This document shows, piece by piece, positions 29,470-38,713 of a stretch of DNA of 64,000 bases (its first letter is position 1; each line of letters begins with the position of its first letter). The stretch is from Verrucomicrobiota bacterium (GTDB taxonomy: Bacteria; Verrucomicrobiota; Verrucomicrobiia; Limisphaerales; JAIPKD01), in the NCBI GenBank assembly GCA_021733835.1, contig JAIPKD010000006.1, positions 211-64,210 on the forward strand, written 5' to 3'. Both the position numbers and the translations under genes were made by a program. Under the pieces are notes generated by a model. That model was not told where the DNA came from and did not search any database. It was given only the letters and a program-made list of their open reading frames with translations.

Positions 29470-30756
29470 ATGAAGTCAGTAGAGATGCCAAAGGAACTAT
29501 TCGAGTTGAACAGAGATCGGTTGAAGCGCCTGATGTTGAAGGACTCGGTGGCCGTCGTAAATTCAAACGATGTATATCCGACGAATGCCGATGGAGTGAT
29601 GGCGTTTCATCAGAACGCGGATATGTATTATTTAACCGGGATCAATCAGGAAGAGAGCATTCTTCTGCTTGCGCCGGATGCGTATGACGAAGGCAAGCGT
29701 GAAATATTGTTTTTGCGGAAGCCAAGCGAGCATTTATCGACATGGGAGGGTGATAAGCTGAGTAAGGACGAGGCTAAGCGGATTTCTGGGGTAGAAAACG
29801 TTGAGTGGTTGTCCGAGTTCGACACGGTTTTTCACCAGTTGATGTGCGAGGCCGAGAACGTGTATTTGAACAGCAACGAGCATCAGCGCGCGGCGTCGGA
29901 GGTCATCACACGCGATATAGTGTTTGTGAGGGAGTGCATGCGGAAATACCCGTTGCATTGTTATCGGAGGCTGGCGCGGTTGATGCACGAGCTGAGGGCT
30001 GTCAAGTCCGATCATGAAATAAAGTTGATTAGAAAGGCGTGTGAAATAACGGCGCGGGGGTTCCGGCGTGTGCTCGAGTTCGTCAAGCCCGGCATCAACG
30101 AGGCGGAGGTCGAGGCCGAGTACGCGCATGAATTCATCAGGGATCATGCAAACTTCGCGTACTTGCCGATAATAGCCGCAGGCAAGAATAATTGCGTCTT
30201 GCATTATAACAGTAACGAACGTACATGCGAAGACGGTGATCTCCTTCTTATGGACGTAGGCGCCGCTTATGGTTATTACAATTCGGACATGACACGAACC
30301 ATCCCGGTGAACGGCAGGTTCACGCGCAGACAGAAGGAATTGTATTGCGCCGTGTTGGACGTGCTCAAGGAGATGACGGGCCGGATGACGCCAGGCAAGA
30401 CGATCCGTGACCTGCGTGAGGAAACCGACGAAGTGATAGCCGAGAAATGCGTCGAGCTGGGCTTGCTCAAGCGCACACAGGTCAGGCGGCTTAAATCGAA
30501 CAAGGCGCCGTTGCGGAAATACTTCATGCATGGAGTATCGCATCCGATTGGACTGGACGTTCATGACGCGATGTATAACCACCAGAAGATCGAACCCGGT
30601 TGGTTATTGACTTGCGAGCCCGGTATTTACATCAGGGACGAAGGCGTGGGCGTGCGCCTGGAGAATACCGTTCTTATTACCGAGGAGGGGACGGTGAACC
30701 TGATGTCGGATATCCCGATCGAGCCGGAGGAGATAGAAGATATCATGAATCGATGA
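29470..30756 (+). CDS. Xaa-Pro aminopeptidase (M24B family)
   Basis: Aminopeptidase P N-terminal domain plus pita-bread fold motifs (LLMDVGAAYGYYNSDMTRT, HGVSHPIGLDVHD, LTCEPGIY, VRLENTVLIT). Confidence 0.85.
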   Translation: MKSVEMPKELFELNRDRLKRLMLKDSVAVVNSNDVYPTNADGVMAFHQNADMYYLTGINQEESILLLAPDAYDEGKREILFLRKPSEHLSTWEGDKLSKDEAKRISGVENVEWLSEFDTVFHQLMCEAENVYLNSNEHQRAASEVITRDIVFVRECMRKYPLHCYRRLARLMHELRAVKSDHEIKLIRKACEITARGFRRVLEFVKPGINEAEVEAEYAHEFIRDHANFAYLPIIAAGKNNCVLHYNSNERTCEDGDLLLMDVGAAYGYYNSDMTRTIPVNGRFTRRQKELYCAVLDVLKEMTGRMTPGKTIRDLREETDEVIAEKCVELGLLKRTQVRRLKSNKAPLRKYFMHGVSHPIGLDVHDAMYNHQKIEPGWLLTCEPGIYIRDEGVGVRLENTVLITEEGTVNLMSDIPIEPEEIEDIMNR

Positions 30757-30759
30757 GCG

Positions 30760-31668
30760 ATGGAGACCGGTCTGGTCAGCAATATTCAGCGGTATTCGGT
30801 CAAGGACGGACCGGGTATCAGGACGACCGTGTTTTTCAAGGGGTGTCCGCTGAATTGTTCTTGGTGTCATAATCCTGAGAACATAGTCGGGCGTCCAGAA
30901 TTGGTTGTAATTGAATCGAGGTGTATACGATGCGGTACTTGCGCGGCAGTCTGCCCCGTCGTCGAAGGATTGGATGCATCAAAGGAAATCATTCGCGGGC
31001 GGATGGTCGGCAGGTGTAGGCTTTGCGGTGCGTGCGTCGAGGCTTGTCCCACCAATGCCCGGCGTATGATCGGGAGCAGCCTGAGTACGGACGCGGTGAT
31101 GCGCGAGATATCGGCGGATCGTGTCTTTTACGAGGAGTCGGGGGGTGGGGTGACTTTTTCCGGCGGCGAGCCGTTGATGCAGTTCGATTTCCTTATGGAG
31201 CTTCTCGAAAAGTGCCGTAAGGACGGCGTGCATACGTCAGTTGACACTTGCGGTTATGCGCCGCCGGCGCGGATTCTCGCCGTAGCGGAGGCGGCGGATA
31301 TGGTGTTATACGATCTGAAGTTTCTCGATGACTCGTTGCACGTGAAGTATTGTGGTGTGTCGAATCATGATATCCTCGATAACCTGTGCACACTGGCTGG
31401 TCGCGTGGATGTCCGGCTAAGGATTCCCGTGATTCCCGGCGTGAACGATACGCCGGATGAAGTGGAGGCGATGGCTCGTTTTATCTCTGCGCTTCGAGGC
31501 GTGCCGGCGATAGACCTGCTTCCTTACCATCGGCTGGGGACGCATAAATTAGAGCGACTCGGCAGGAAGAACGGGATGAAAGGGATCGACTCGGCGGGGG
31601 ATGAGATTGCTGAGGCGGTTGCATTGCGATTTGGTGAGCACGGTTTGAAGGCGGGGATTATATCTTAG
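30760..31668 (+). CDS. Glycyl-radical-enzyme activating protein (radical SAM with two extra ferredoxin-type clusters)
   Basis: DGPGIRTTVFFKGCPLNCSWCHNPE (CX3CX2C), followed by CIRCGTCAAVCP and CRLCGACVEACP, and GGVTFSGGEPL. Confidence 0.85.
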   Translation: METGLVSNIQRYSVKDGPGIRTTVFFKGCPLNCSWCHNPENIVGRPELVVIESRCIRCGTCAAVCPVVEGLDASKEIIRGRMVGRCRLCGACVEACPTNARRMIGSSLSTDAVMREISADRVFYEESGGGVTFSGGEPLMQFDFLMELLEKCRKDGVHTSVDTCGYAPPARILAVAEAADMVLYDLKFLDDSLHVKYCGVSNHDILDNLCTLAGRVDVRLRIPVIPGVNDTPDEVEAMARFISALRGVPAIDLLPYHRLGTHKLERLGRKNGMKGIDSAGDEIAEAVALRFGEHGLKAGIIS

Positions 31669-31735
31669 GATATTGCGTGATGAAATCGCGCGAGGGTACG
31701 GATGGTGTAATGCTTTCAAGCGGTGTTCGAGGATT

Positions 31736-32434
31736 TTACCGTGTATTCCCGCCGTTGTATTTGCACATGCCGATGCGCGGTGAATTAACGAGCGGCAGAA
31801 AATCATTGTCGGCGGGCGATTCCTTTGCCTTGCACTGAACACAGAGGAGTCTTTCCGGATTTATTTTCTCATTGCCGGCGCGGACACAAAAGGCCTCGCC
31901 GCCGCACCGGCCGCAGCGCAGCTCGGGCGGGTCGTTTCGGGCGAGCAAAGTTATACCGGGTGCGACGGGTATCTTCTCCAGTAAATCCATTATACGGAAT
32001 CTGAGCTTCGTCGGCGCGACAGGGTCGAAGTCGTATCTGAACTTCATGCCCGGCTTGAGGACAGTCTTCAACTGTTTATTCATGGACTCCGTACGTATGA
32101 TGCCCGGATCGGCCGTTGCGGGATCACCGGAGTATCGAATTCGATCGATGGTGAAGAAACTCGGGTGCCGGCAGCACTCGAGCCAGATGTCACGGAGGAA
32201 GGCGTCAAGGTCTTCGAGTGTCATTCTCGACGGAATAGAAACGAGTATCCAGTACATCGGTAGGAGGCTGCCTTCTGCGATAAGATAGAAGACTTCGTCT
32301 TTATTGCCCAAAACTTGTGCGTTCTCCTCGGCGCATTTTCTTGTGTGCCGGATCATGTGGCGCTTATTAAGCGGCTTTCCGCAAATCATGCACTCGCCGG
32401 GATACAGTCTTTCTGGCTTTCGTCGTCTTGGCAT
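31736..32434 (-). CDS. Hypothetical protein, pRiA4b-ORF3-like core flanked by Cys-pair (zinc-ribbon-like) motifs
   Basis: YWILVSIPSRMTLEDLDAFLRDIWLECCRHPSFF..LKPGMKFRYDFDP..TKLRFRIM resembles the PF07929-type pattern. CxxC pairs at both ends. Confidence 0.45.
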   Translation of the reverse strand: MPRRRKPERLYPGECMICGKPLNKRHMIRHTRKCAEENAQVLGNKDEVFYLIAEGSLLPMYWILVSIPSRMTLEDLDAFLRDIWLECCRHPSFFTIDRIRYSGDPATADPGIIRTESMNKQLKTVLKPGMKFRYDFDPVAPTKLRFRIMDLLEKIPVAPGITLLARNDPPELRCGRCGGEAFCVRAGNEKINPERLLCVQCKAKESPADNDFLPLVNSPRIGMCKYNGGNTR

Positions 32435-32856
32435 TGTCTAACTTTCTTGCGTTATTGACTTAGCGGATCAGCGACATCGTCGTTTCAGCGCACAGTGTTC
32501 CAGATTTCCCGCAGTTATCTTAATTCTCCAGCATTATATTAAGTGGCGGGATTACTTCAAGGTTTCTTCGGGCTCGGCAACAATTTCCTCAGGGTCGGCA
32601 AAAGAGGACATAAGGAATGGCCGCTGTTTGCGGCGGTGGCGGGTATGTTCTGGGAGGGCTTCGGAGTGATGCAGCATTTTCAGCGTTAAGAGGGCTTGAT
32701 TCCGGCTGTTTCCATGCATGCGCTGAGTGGACCGGGATTTCGGCGGGCGGCCTGGCATACCGTTTGCTGGATGCGCAGCGATATGGGGTTTTGCGGGAAA
32801 AAAGCCGGATACGCCGAGCCGGATACGCCGGTTGAGATGAATTTAAGAATAACATT

Positions 32857-33633
32857 GTGATGTCTTCAGCAGCGGAAATACCAGTCGTAATCCTGGCCGG
32901 TGGGCTTGGAACCAGACTGCAAACCGTTGTGCCGGATCGGCCGAAGGTAATGGCCGACGTGGGCGGACGCCCGTTTTTGGCGTGGATATTGGACTTTGTG
33001 AAGAGCCGCGGGTTCGGACGGATCATTATTTGTACCGGATACAAGGCGCGGGATATCGAAGCCTACTTCGGCGCCGGGTACGATGGTTTGTCAATACGAT
33101 ACTCTAATGAAGCGACGCCGCTGGGAACGGGCGGAGCGCTTGGGAATGCCCTGGATATGATCGATGCGGAATACGCGGTGGTTATGAACGGCGATACGCT
33201 GTGCGAGGTCGAGCTTGAAAAATTGTGTGAGCGCCACGAGGCGTGTGAGGCGGATGCGTCGCTGACCGCCGTTTGGACGGACGATTGCACGAGGTTCGGC
33301 AGGCTTGTTGTCGACGCAAACTCGATGGTGATGGATATGGAAGAGAAGTCTGGTGTGCGGTGCGCGGGCTTAATAAACGGTGGTGTTTACGTTGTTAATA
33401 CCCGGCTGATACGTGGGATACCGGCTTCTTCGTGTATTTCATTGGAGACCGGTTTGTTGCCGGAATGGATAAAAGGTGGTCGTTGCTTTGCCGTGGAGAT
33501 GGAAGGTTTGTTTATAGACATTGGAACTCCCGAGTCGTATGCGCGCGCGGATGAAATAATGCGGGGAACATCGTTTGTTCGAACACCAATCCGCCGGGCA
33601 TCGGCCGGACATCAAATCCCGACTATACAATGA
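32857..33633 (+). CDS. Sugar-1-phosphate nucleotidylyltransferase (HddC-like guanylyltransferase type)
   Basis: VVILAGGLGTRL..RPKVMADVGGRPFL..PLGTGGAL..INGGVYVV is the NTP_transferase fold signature. The ~250-aa size is typical of HddC-type enzymes. Confidence 0.8.
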   Translation: MMSSAAEIPVVILAGGLGTRLQTVVPDRPKVMADVGGRPFLAWILDFVKSRGFGRIIICTGYKARDIEAYFGAGYDGLSIRYSNEATPLGTGGALGNALDMIDAEYAVVMNGDTLCEVELEKLCERHEACEADASLTAVWTDDCTRFGRLVVDANSMVMDMEEKSGVRCAGLINGGVYVVNTRLIRGIPASSCISLETGLLPEWIKGGRCFAVEMEGLFIDIGTPESYARADEIMRGTSFVRTPIRRASAGHQIPTIQ

Positions 33634-34706
33634 TTATAACCCGAACACCATACAGGATATCATTCTTCGGCGGCGGCACGGATTATCCCGCTTGGTATAT
33701 GGAGCATGGCGGCGCGGTGTTGGCTACGACCATAGACAAGTATTGTTACTTAACTTGCCGATTCCTCCCGCCGTTCTTCGAACACAAGATACGTATCGTC
33801 TATTCGGTTATCGAGAACTGCAACAGCGTGGACGAAATACGGCATCCATCGGTACGCGAGATATTGAAGTACTTGAATGTACAGCGGGGTGTGGAGATTC
33901 ACCATGACGGCGATTTGCCGGCACGCAGTGGTATGGGCTCGAGCTCCGCGTTCACCGTCGGGCTCATGAATGCAGTGCACGCGTTGCACGGCAGGTTCGC
34001 GGGGAAGAAGAAACTGGCCTTGGACAGTATCGAACTGGAACAGAATATCCTGAAGGAAACAGTCGGTTCCCAGGATCAGGTCATGGCGGCGCATGGCGGA
34101 TTCAACCACGTTGTATTCCACACGTCATCGGAGATATCGGTACGCCCTGTAATATTGCCGAAGAACCGTATGAGCGCCTTATCCGAACGGCTCATGTTGT
34201 TTTACACGGGAATAAAGCGTACGGCGTCACACGTGGCCTGCAGTTACGTCGATGGATTCGAAACAAAACGGCGCCAGCTCAGGATGCTCAAGAACATGGT
34301 GGACGAGGCGCTGGAGGTGTTGTCCGGCGACAAAGACCTAAACTACTTCGGTGAGTTGCTACATGAGGCATGGATATTCAAGAAATCCCTTGGTGCGCGC
34401 GTTTCCAATGGCGAGGTCGATGGGATATACGACGCGGCGCGCCGGGCGGGCGCTCTTGGTGGAAAGATCACCGGCGCGGGCGGCGGCGGATTCTTACTGC
34501 TTTATGTGCCGATTGAATGCCAGAAGGATGTCAAGCGCGCGCTTTCCGGCCTTTTGCACGTGCCGTTCGAATTCGAGTCCTCGGGCAGCCAGGTAATATA
34601 TTTCGATGAAGAAGAAGATTACTCCGAGGCCGAAAAGGAAAACGAGCACCGTATATCCATGATTTGCAGGGAGATGGATGAGATGATCCCAACAGAATCT
34701 ACATAG
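33630..34706 (+). CDS. GHMP-family sugar kinase (HddA-like)
   Basis: MIITRTPYRISFFGGGTDYP N-terminus, GHMP motif LPARSGMGSSSAF, and C-terminal KITGAGGGGFLL. 4-nt overlap with the upstream gene. Confidence 0.8.
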   Translation: MIITRTPYRISFFGGGTDYPAWYMEHGGAVLATTIDKYCYLTCRFLPPFFEHKIRIVYSVIENCNSVDEIRHPSVREILKYLNVQRGVEIHHDGDLPARSGMGSSSAFTVGLMNAVHALHGRFAGKKKLALDSIELEQNILKETVGSQDQVMAAHGGFNHVVFHTSSEISVRPVILPKNRMSALSERLMLFYTGIKRTASHVACSYVDGFETKRRQLRMLKNMVDEALEVLSGDKDLNYFGELLHEAWIFKKSLGARVSNGEVDGIYDAARRAGALGGKITGAGGGGFLLLYVPIECQKDVKRALSGLLHVPFEFESSGSQVIYFDEEEDYSEAEKENEHRISMICREMDEMIPTEST

Positions 34707-34715
34707 GAAAAGATT

Positions 34716-35357
34716 ATGCAGGATACAGTTTTGGAAAATACAAAACGTTTGCCGCAGTTGACACCCGAGTATTTACGCGAGTTCGAAGAGGAGATAGCGG
34801 CGGAGTTCAACGTCGGCAATATTCGCGCGCCGGTGCACTTGTACAGCGGTAACGAGGAGATGATGATCGATCTGTTCCGTGGGATTCATAGGGACGACTG
34901 GGTGTTATGCTCGTGGCGCAGTCATTATCAGTGCTTACTCAAGGGTGTGCCCAGGGACGAGCTAAAAAGAGAAATACTCGACGGCCGCTCCATCTCCCTC
35001 TGCTTCCCCGAGTACAGGATATTCTCATCCGCCATAGTAACCGGTATCCTGCCGATCGGCGTCGGCATAGCAATGGCGATCAAGCGGAGCGGTGAGAAAA
35101 ACAGGGTGTATTGCTTTATAGGTGAAATGACATCGGAGACGGGCGTGGCGCACGAGTGTATTAAGTACAGTGAAAACCACAATCTGCCTATACATTTTAT
35201 TATCGAAGACAACGGTAAATCGGTTTGTACAGACACACGGCAGGCATGGAATTGTGAAAAGCTTACATACGAAGGCATACGCAATCACAGAATTACTTAT
35301 TATAAATATAACTCCAAATGGCCGCATGCAGGTGCCGGAGTGCGTGTACAATTTTGA
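34716..35357 (+). CDS. Short TPP-dependent E1 alpha-like subunit
   Basis: VHLYSGNEE..SWRSHYQCLLKG..IVTGILPIGVGIAMAIK..CFIGEMTSETGVAHECIKYSENHNLPIHFIIEDNG follows the E1-alpha TPP-binding pattern, but the protein is only 213 aa. Confidence 0.7.
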   Translation: MQDTVLENTKRLPQLTPEYLREFEEEIAAEFNVGNIRAPVHLYSGNEEMMIDLFRGIHRDDWVLCSWRSHYQCLLKGVPRDELKREILDGRSISLCFPEYRIFSSAIVTGILPIGVGIAMAIKRSGEKNRVYCFIGEMTSETGVAHECIKYSENHNLPIHFIIEDNGKSVCTDTRQAWNCEKLTYEGIRNHRITYYKYNSKWPHAGAGVRVQF

Positions 35358-35359
35358 AT

Positions 35360-35896
35360 ATGAAATATTTCGACGAATTAAAATGGGCAATGGAATTCTT
35401 GGCCCAGGATACCAGGACGGTGTTTCTCGGACAGGCGGTGGCGTGCGCGGGTACGGCTATGTCCAATACGCTTAGGGACGTCGACCCGGACAGGAGGATC
35501 GAGCTGCCTGTCAATGAAGAGATGCAAATGGGAATGACCAACGGCATGGCGTTGAGCGGTCTTATCCCTGTAAGCGTATTTCCGCGTTGGAATTTTCTGC
35601 TGCTTGCGATGAACCAGCTTGTAAACCATCTAGACAAAATACCCGTCATCTCGAGGGGAAGGTGTGCTGCCAGGGCGATTATTCGCACCGGAATTGGATC
35701 GGAGCGTCCGCTCAACCCACAGTGTCAGCACGTTGGGGACTTCACGGAGGTCGTCGACGCGATGTGCCGGAACATCGAGGTGATTCGATTGGAGGAACCT
35801 GAGGATGTGTTTCCCGGTTATAAAAAAGCGCTAGAACGTGACGACGGTAAAAGCACCATATTGGTGGAATATGGAGATTACTATAATGAAAAGTGA
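35360..35896 (+). CDS. Short TPP-dependent E1 beta-like (pyrimidine-binding domain) subunit
   Basis: VFLGQAV..GTAMSNTL..RIELPVNEEMQMGMTNGMALSGLIPVSVFPRWNFLLLAMNQLVNH resembles the E1-beta/transketolase Pyr domain. The start sits 3 nt after the upstream stop. Length is 178 aa. Confidence 0.65.
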   Translation: MKYFDELKWAMEFLAQDTRTVFLGQAVACAGTAMSNTLRDVDPDRRIELPVNEEMQMGMTNGMALSGLIPVSVFPRWNFLLLAMNQLVNHLDKIPVISRGRCAARAIIRTGIGSERPLNPQCQHVGDFTEVVDAMCRNIEVIRLEEPEDVFPGYKKALERDDGKSTILVEYGDYYNEK

Positions 35897-37103
35897 TACA
35901 GTGGCATTGAACGAAACGGCGGTGGCGGAAGATAGCCTCGGCCCGTGGCCGTTGATGCGTAACAATATCTCGCGAGCCGACCTGGACGCAGTAATCGAGT
36001 TTCTTGGCAAAGATGATCCGATCCTGACGCAATCGGAAAACGTGCGAGCATTTGAGAAAGAATGGTCCGAATGGTTGGGAGTCGATTACAGTGTATTCGT
36101 TAACTCGGGCGCGTCGGCGAACTTATTAACCATGTCCGCGCTTAAGTATATATACGGGCCCGGAGAGGTTATCGTTCCAAGTTTGACTTGGGTTTCGGAT
36201 ATCGCGTCCGTCATACAAAGCGGACTCAAGCCGGTGTTTGTGGACATCGATCCTTTCACGCTCGGCATGGATACCGAGCAAGTATTGGATAAGTTGAATT
36301 CGCGCACGCGCGCGGTGTTCTTGACGCATACCCTTGGATATAACGCGTTGAATGATAAGTTGTTAGACGAGCTTAAGGCCGGCGGAGTTCCGCTGATCGA
36401 GGATGTTTGCGAGTCACATGGGGCGACGTATAACAACAAAAAACTCGGCGCGTTCGGCTGGATATCGAATTTTTCTTTCTACTATGCCCACCACTTAAGC
36501 ACTATCGAAGGTGGTATGGTATGCACATCCGACCCGGAGGTATATTATATTGTTCGTATGCTCCGGTCTCACGGCATGGTGCGTGAATCGGGTTCTCTTG
36601 AGACCAAGACCCGGTATCGCGTTGAGAATCCCGATCTTAATCCCGATTTCATATTCGCATACCCCGCATATAATATGCGAAATACCGAAATCAATGCAGT
36701 CATAGGCCGGAACCAACTTAAGCGCTTGAACGAGAATAACAGGAAACGTACACGTAATCTCCATATTTTTCTCGAACACTTGGATGCAGAACGGTTTCAG
36801 ACGTGTTTCAACACCGCCGGGAGTAGTAATTACGCGTTTACATTGATACTGAATGCGCCGGATTTAAAACTGCGGAATAGGATTGAAAAAGAATTGCGCG
36901 AGAACAAAGTCGAGTTCAGACGCGGTACCGCCGGCGGAGGAAACCAGCTGCGACAGCCGTATCTGCGAAGGATATTCGGGGATATTTATAAAAACTATCC
37001 CGCAGTCGACCATGTACATTTCTTCGGATGGTATATAGGTAACTATCCGGACCTGGAAGAAGAGAGAATAATTCACCTTTGTAGACTATTAAACGGAGTC
37101 TAA
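35886..37103 (+). CDS. DegT/DnrJ/EryC1-family PLP/PMP enzyme of the ColD/E1 sugar 3-dehydratase type (His replaces the Schiff-base Lys)
   Basis: VNSGASANLL. The active-site block NFSFYYAHHLSTIEGGMV (36468-36521) resembles ColD FSSFYSHHIATMEGG and E1 SFYPAHHITMGEGG rather than the aminotransferase SFxxxK motif. Confidence 0.7.
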   Translation: MKSDTVALNETAVAEDSLGPWPLMRNNISRADLDAVIEFLGKDDPILTQSENVRAFEKEWSEWLGVDYSVFVNSGASANLLTMSALKYIYGPGEVIVPSLTWVSDIASVIQSGLKPVFVDIDPFTLGMDTEQVLDKLNSRTRAVFLTHTLGYNALNDKLLDELKAGGVPLIEDVCESHGATYNNKKLGAFGWISNFSFYYAHHLSTIEGGMVCTSDPEVYYIVRMLRSHGMVRESGSLETKTRYRVENPDLNPDFIFAYPAYNMRNTEINAVIGRNQLKRLNENNRKRTRNLHIFLEHLDAERFQTCFNTAGSSNYAFTLILNAPDLKLRNRIEKELRENKVEFRRGTAGGGNQLRQPYLRRIFGDIYKNYPAVDHVHFFGWYIGNYPDLEEERIIHLCRLLNGV

Positions 37104-37106
37104 GCG

Positions 37107-38660
37107 ATGTTATATGAAAGACGACCGGATGTATTATTCGTGCACGCGGATTCGTCCGTCTTATCGTATCAGGGGCTGAGCGCCAGGTTTGCGGCGATCG
37201 AGCCGCCGACGTGGTGTCTGCTCCTGGCGCAGAGTTGCAGGAGTGTTGGTTTTGGGGCGATGATCCTGGATTGCGCCGCCGAGGGCTTGGATATCGATGA
37301 AGCGGTAGAGCGTATTTGTGAGATTCGTCCGCGACTAGTCTGTTTTGTGGTATATGGACAGAATCCGAACTCGGGAACGACTAATATGTCGGGTGCAACC
37401 CTCCTATGTAGGCGGCTAAAGGAGGTATCGAACGGAGCCAAGACATGCTTTGTCGGCTCGCATACCAATGCGCTGCCGAATGAGGTGCTAGGTTTGGATT
37501 ATGTGGATTTCGTGCTGTTGAACGAAGGCGTTTATGCGTTGCGAAATTTACTGAAAACCGATTTGGAGAATTACCTAGATAAGGTGCGCGGCATCGGTTT
37601 TAAAAAATACGGGAGAAACATCTTGAATGAGCCCGAGTATGTTGTGCCACAGGAACGAATGGACATTGATTTGCCGGGCTACGCGTGGGACTTGTTGCCG
37701 TATAAGAGTAAACCACTTGATCTATATCGCTCACACTTCTGGCATGCAGACTTCGATCATACAAAACGTACGCCGTTCGCCGCAATATATACATCATTAG
37801 GCTGCAGATTCAGGTGCGAATTTTGCATGATAAATATATTGAACCGTATGGATAATCGTCTGCATATAACCGCCGCCGATTCTCCCCAAATGCGGTTTTG
37901 GTCGCCGGACTTCATAATACGCGAGTTCGAAAAACTTGCAGGCATGGGGGTGGAAACCATTCGTATCTCCGACGAAATGTTCTTCTTGGATAAACGCTAT
38001 TACAAGCCGTTGGTTGAAATGCTGGAAGAACGCGATCTCGGATTGCGCCTTTGGGCGTATGCTCGGGTTGATACCGTGCGCAGTGAGTACTTGAAACACT
38101 TCAAGAACGCAGGAATCAATTGGCTGGCCATCGGCGTCGAGTCCGCGAATAAGCAAGTCAGACACGAAGTATCAAAGGGTTCATTCAAGGATACGAATAT
38201 TTACGATGTAATCAATATGATCCGCGATGCGGATATAAATGTGATATCGAATTTTATCTTCGGCCTTCCCGAAGACACGATTCAGACGATGCGTGAAACG
38301 CTGGACCTCGCACTTGAGCTTAACACGGAAATGGCAAACATGTATCCGTGTATCGCCCTGCCGGGCAGTAGACTGTATCATACCGCAAAGAAGAGGCATT
38401 GGGCACTCCCTGAATCTTATGAAGGCTACGGATTCCTGTCATACGAATGTCAACCGTTACCGACAAAGTATGTATCCGCAAAAGAAGTGCTGAGTATTCG
38501 TGATAAGGCATGGAATGAATATTTTAACAATCCGGCCTACCTCGAATTGGTCGAACGAAAGTTCGGCGTCAAGCAAAGACGAAATGTCGAAGAAATGAAG
38601 AAAATACGGCTCAGACGTAAAATTCTTGGAGATGTACCGCTTAAGTGCGAAGCCGAATAA
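37107..38660 (+). CDS. B12-binding-domain radical SAM enzyme (class B, probable methyltransferase)
   Basis: N-terminal Rossmann-like B12-binding region (LVCFVVYGQNPNSG) and radical SAM motif SLGCRFRCEFC (CX3CX2C). Confidence 0.8.
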   Translation: MLYERRPDVLFVHADSSVLSYQGLSARFAAIEPPTWCLLLAQSCRSVGFGAMILDCAAEGLDIDEAVERICEIRPRLVCFVVYGQNPNSGTTNMSGATLLCRRLKEVSNGAKTCFVGSHTNALPNEVLGLDYVDFVLLNEGVYALRNLLKTDLENYLDKVRGIGFKKYGRNILNEPEYVVPQERMDIDLPGYAWDLLPYKSKPLDLYRSHFWHADFDHTKRTPFAAIYTSLGCRFRCEFCMINILNRMDNRLHITAADSPQMRFWSPDFIIREFEKLAGMGVETIRISDEMFFLDKRYYKPLVEMLEERDLGLRLWAYARVDTVRSEYLKHFKNAGINWLAIGVESANKQVRHEVSKGSFKDTNIYDVINMIRDADINVISNFIFGLPEDTIQTMRETLDLALELNTEMANMYPCIALPGSRLYHTAKKRHWALPESYEGYGFLSYECQPLPTKYVSAKEVLSIRDKAWNEYFNNPAYLELVERKFGVKQRRNVEEMKKIRLRRKILGDVPLKCEAE

Positions 38661-38713
38661 ACAAACCGGTCAGCCGTATTATAATATGATTAAATTAGTG
38701 TAATAATATTACC

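Noticed and set aside
32589-33044. 151-aa minus-strand ORF and neighbouring small ORFs (32552..32758, 32617..32835) in the spacer upstream of the sugar cluster.
   Set aside because: They overlap the start of the nucleotidyltransferase gene in antisense. Their composition is Pro/Arg/Ser-rich, with no motifs or ribosome-binding context.
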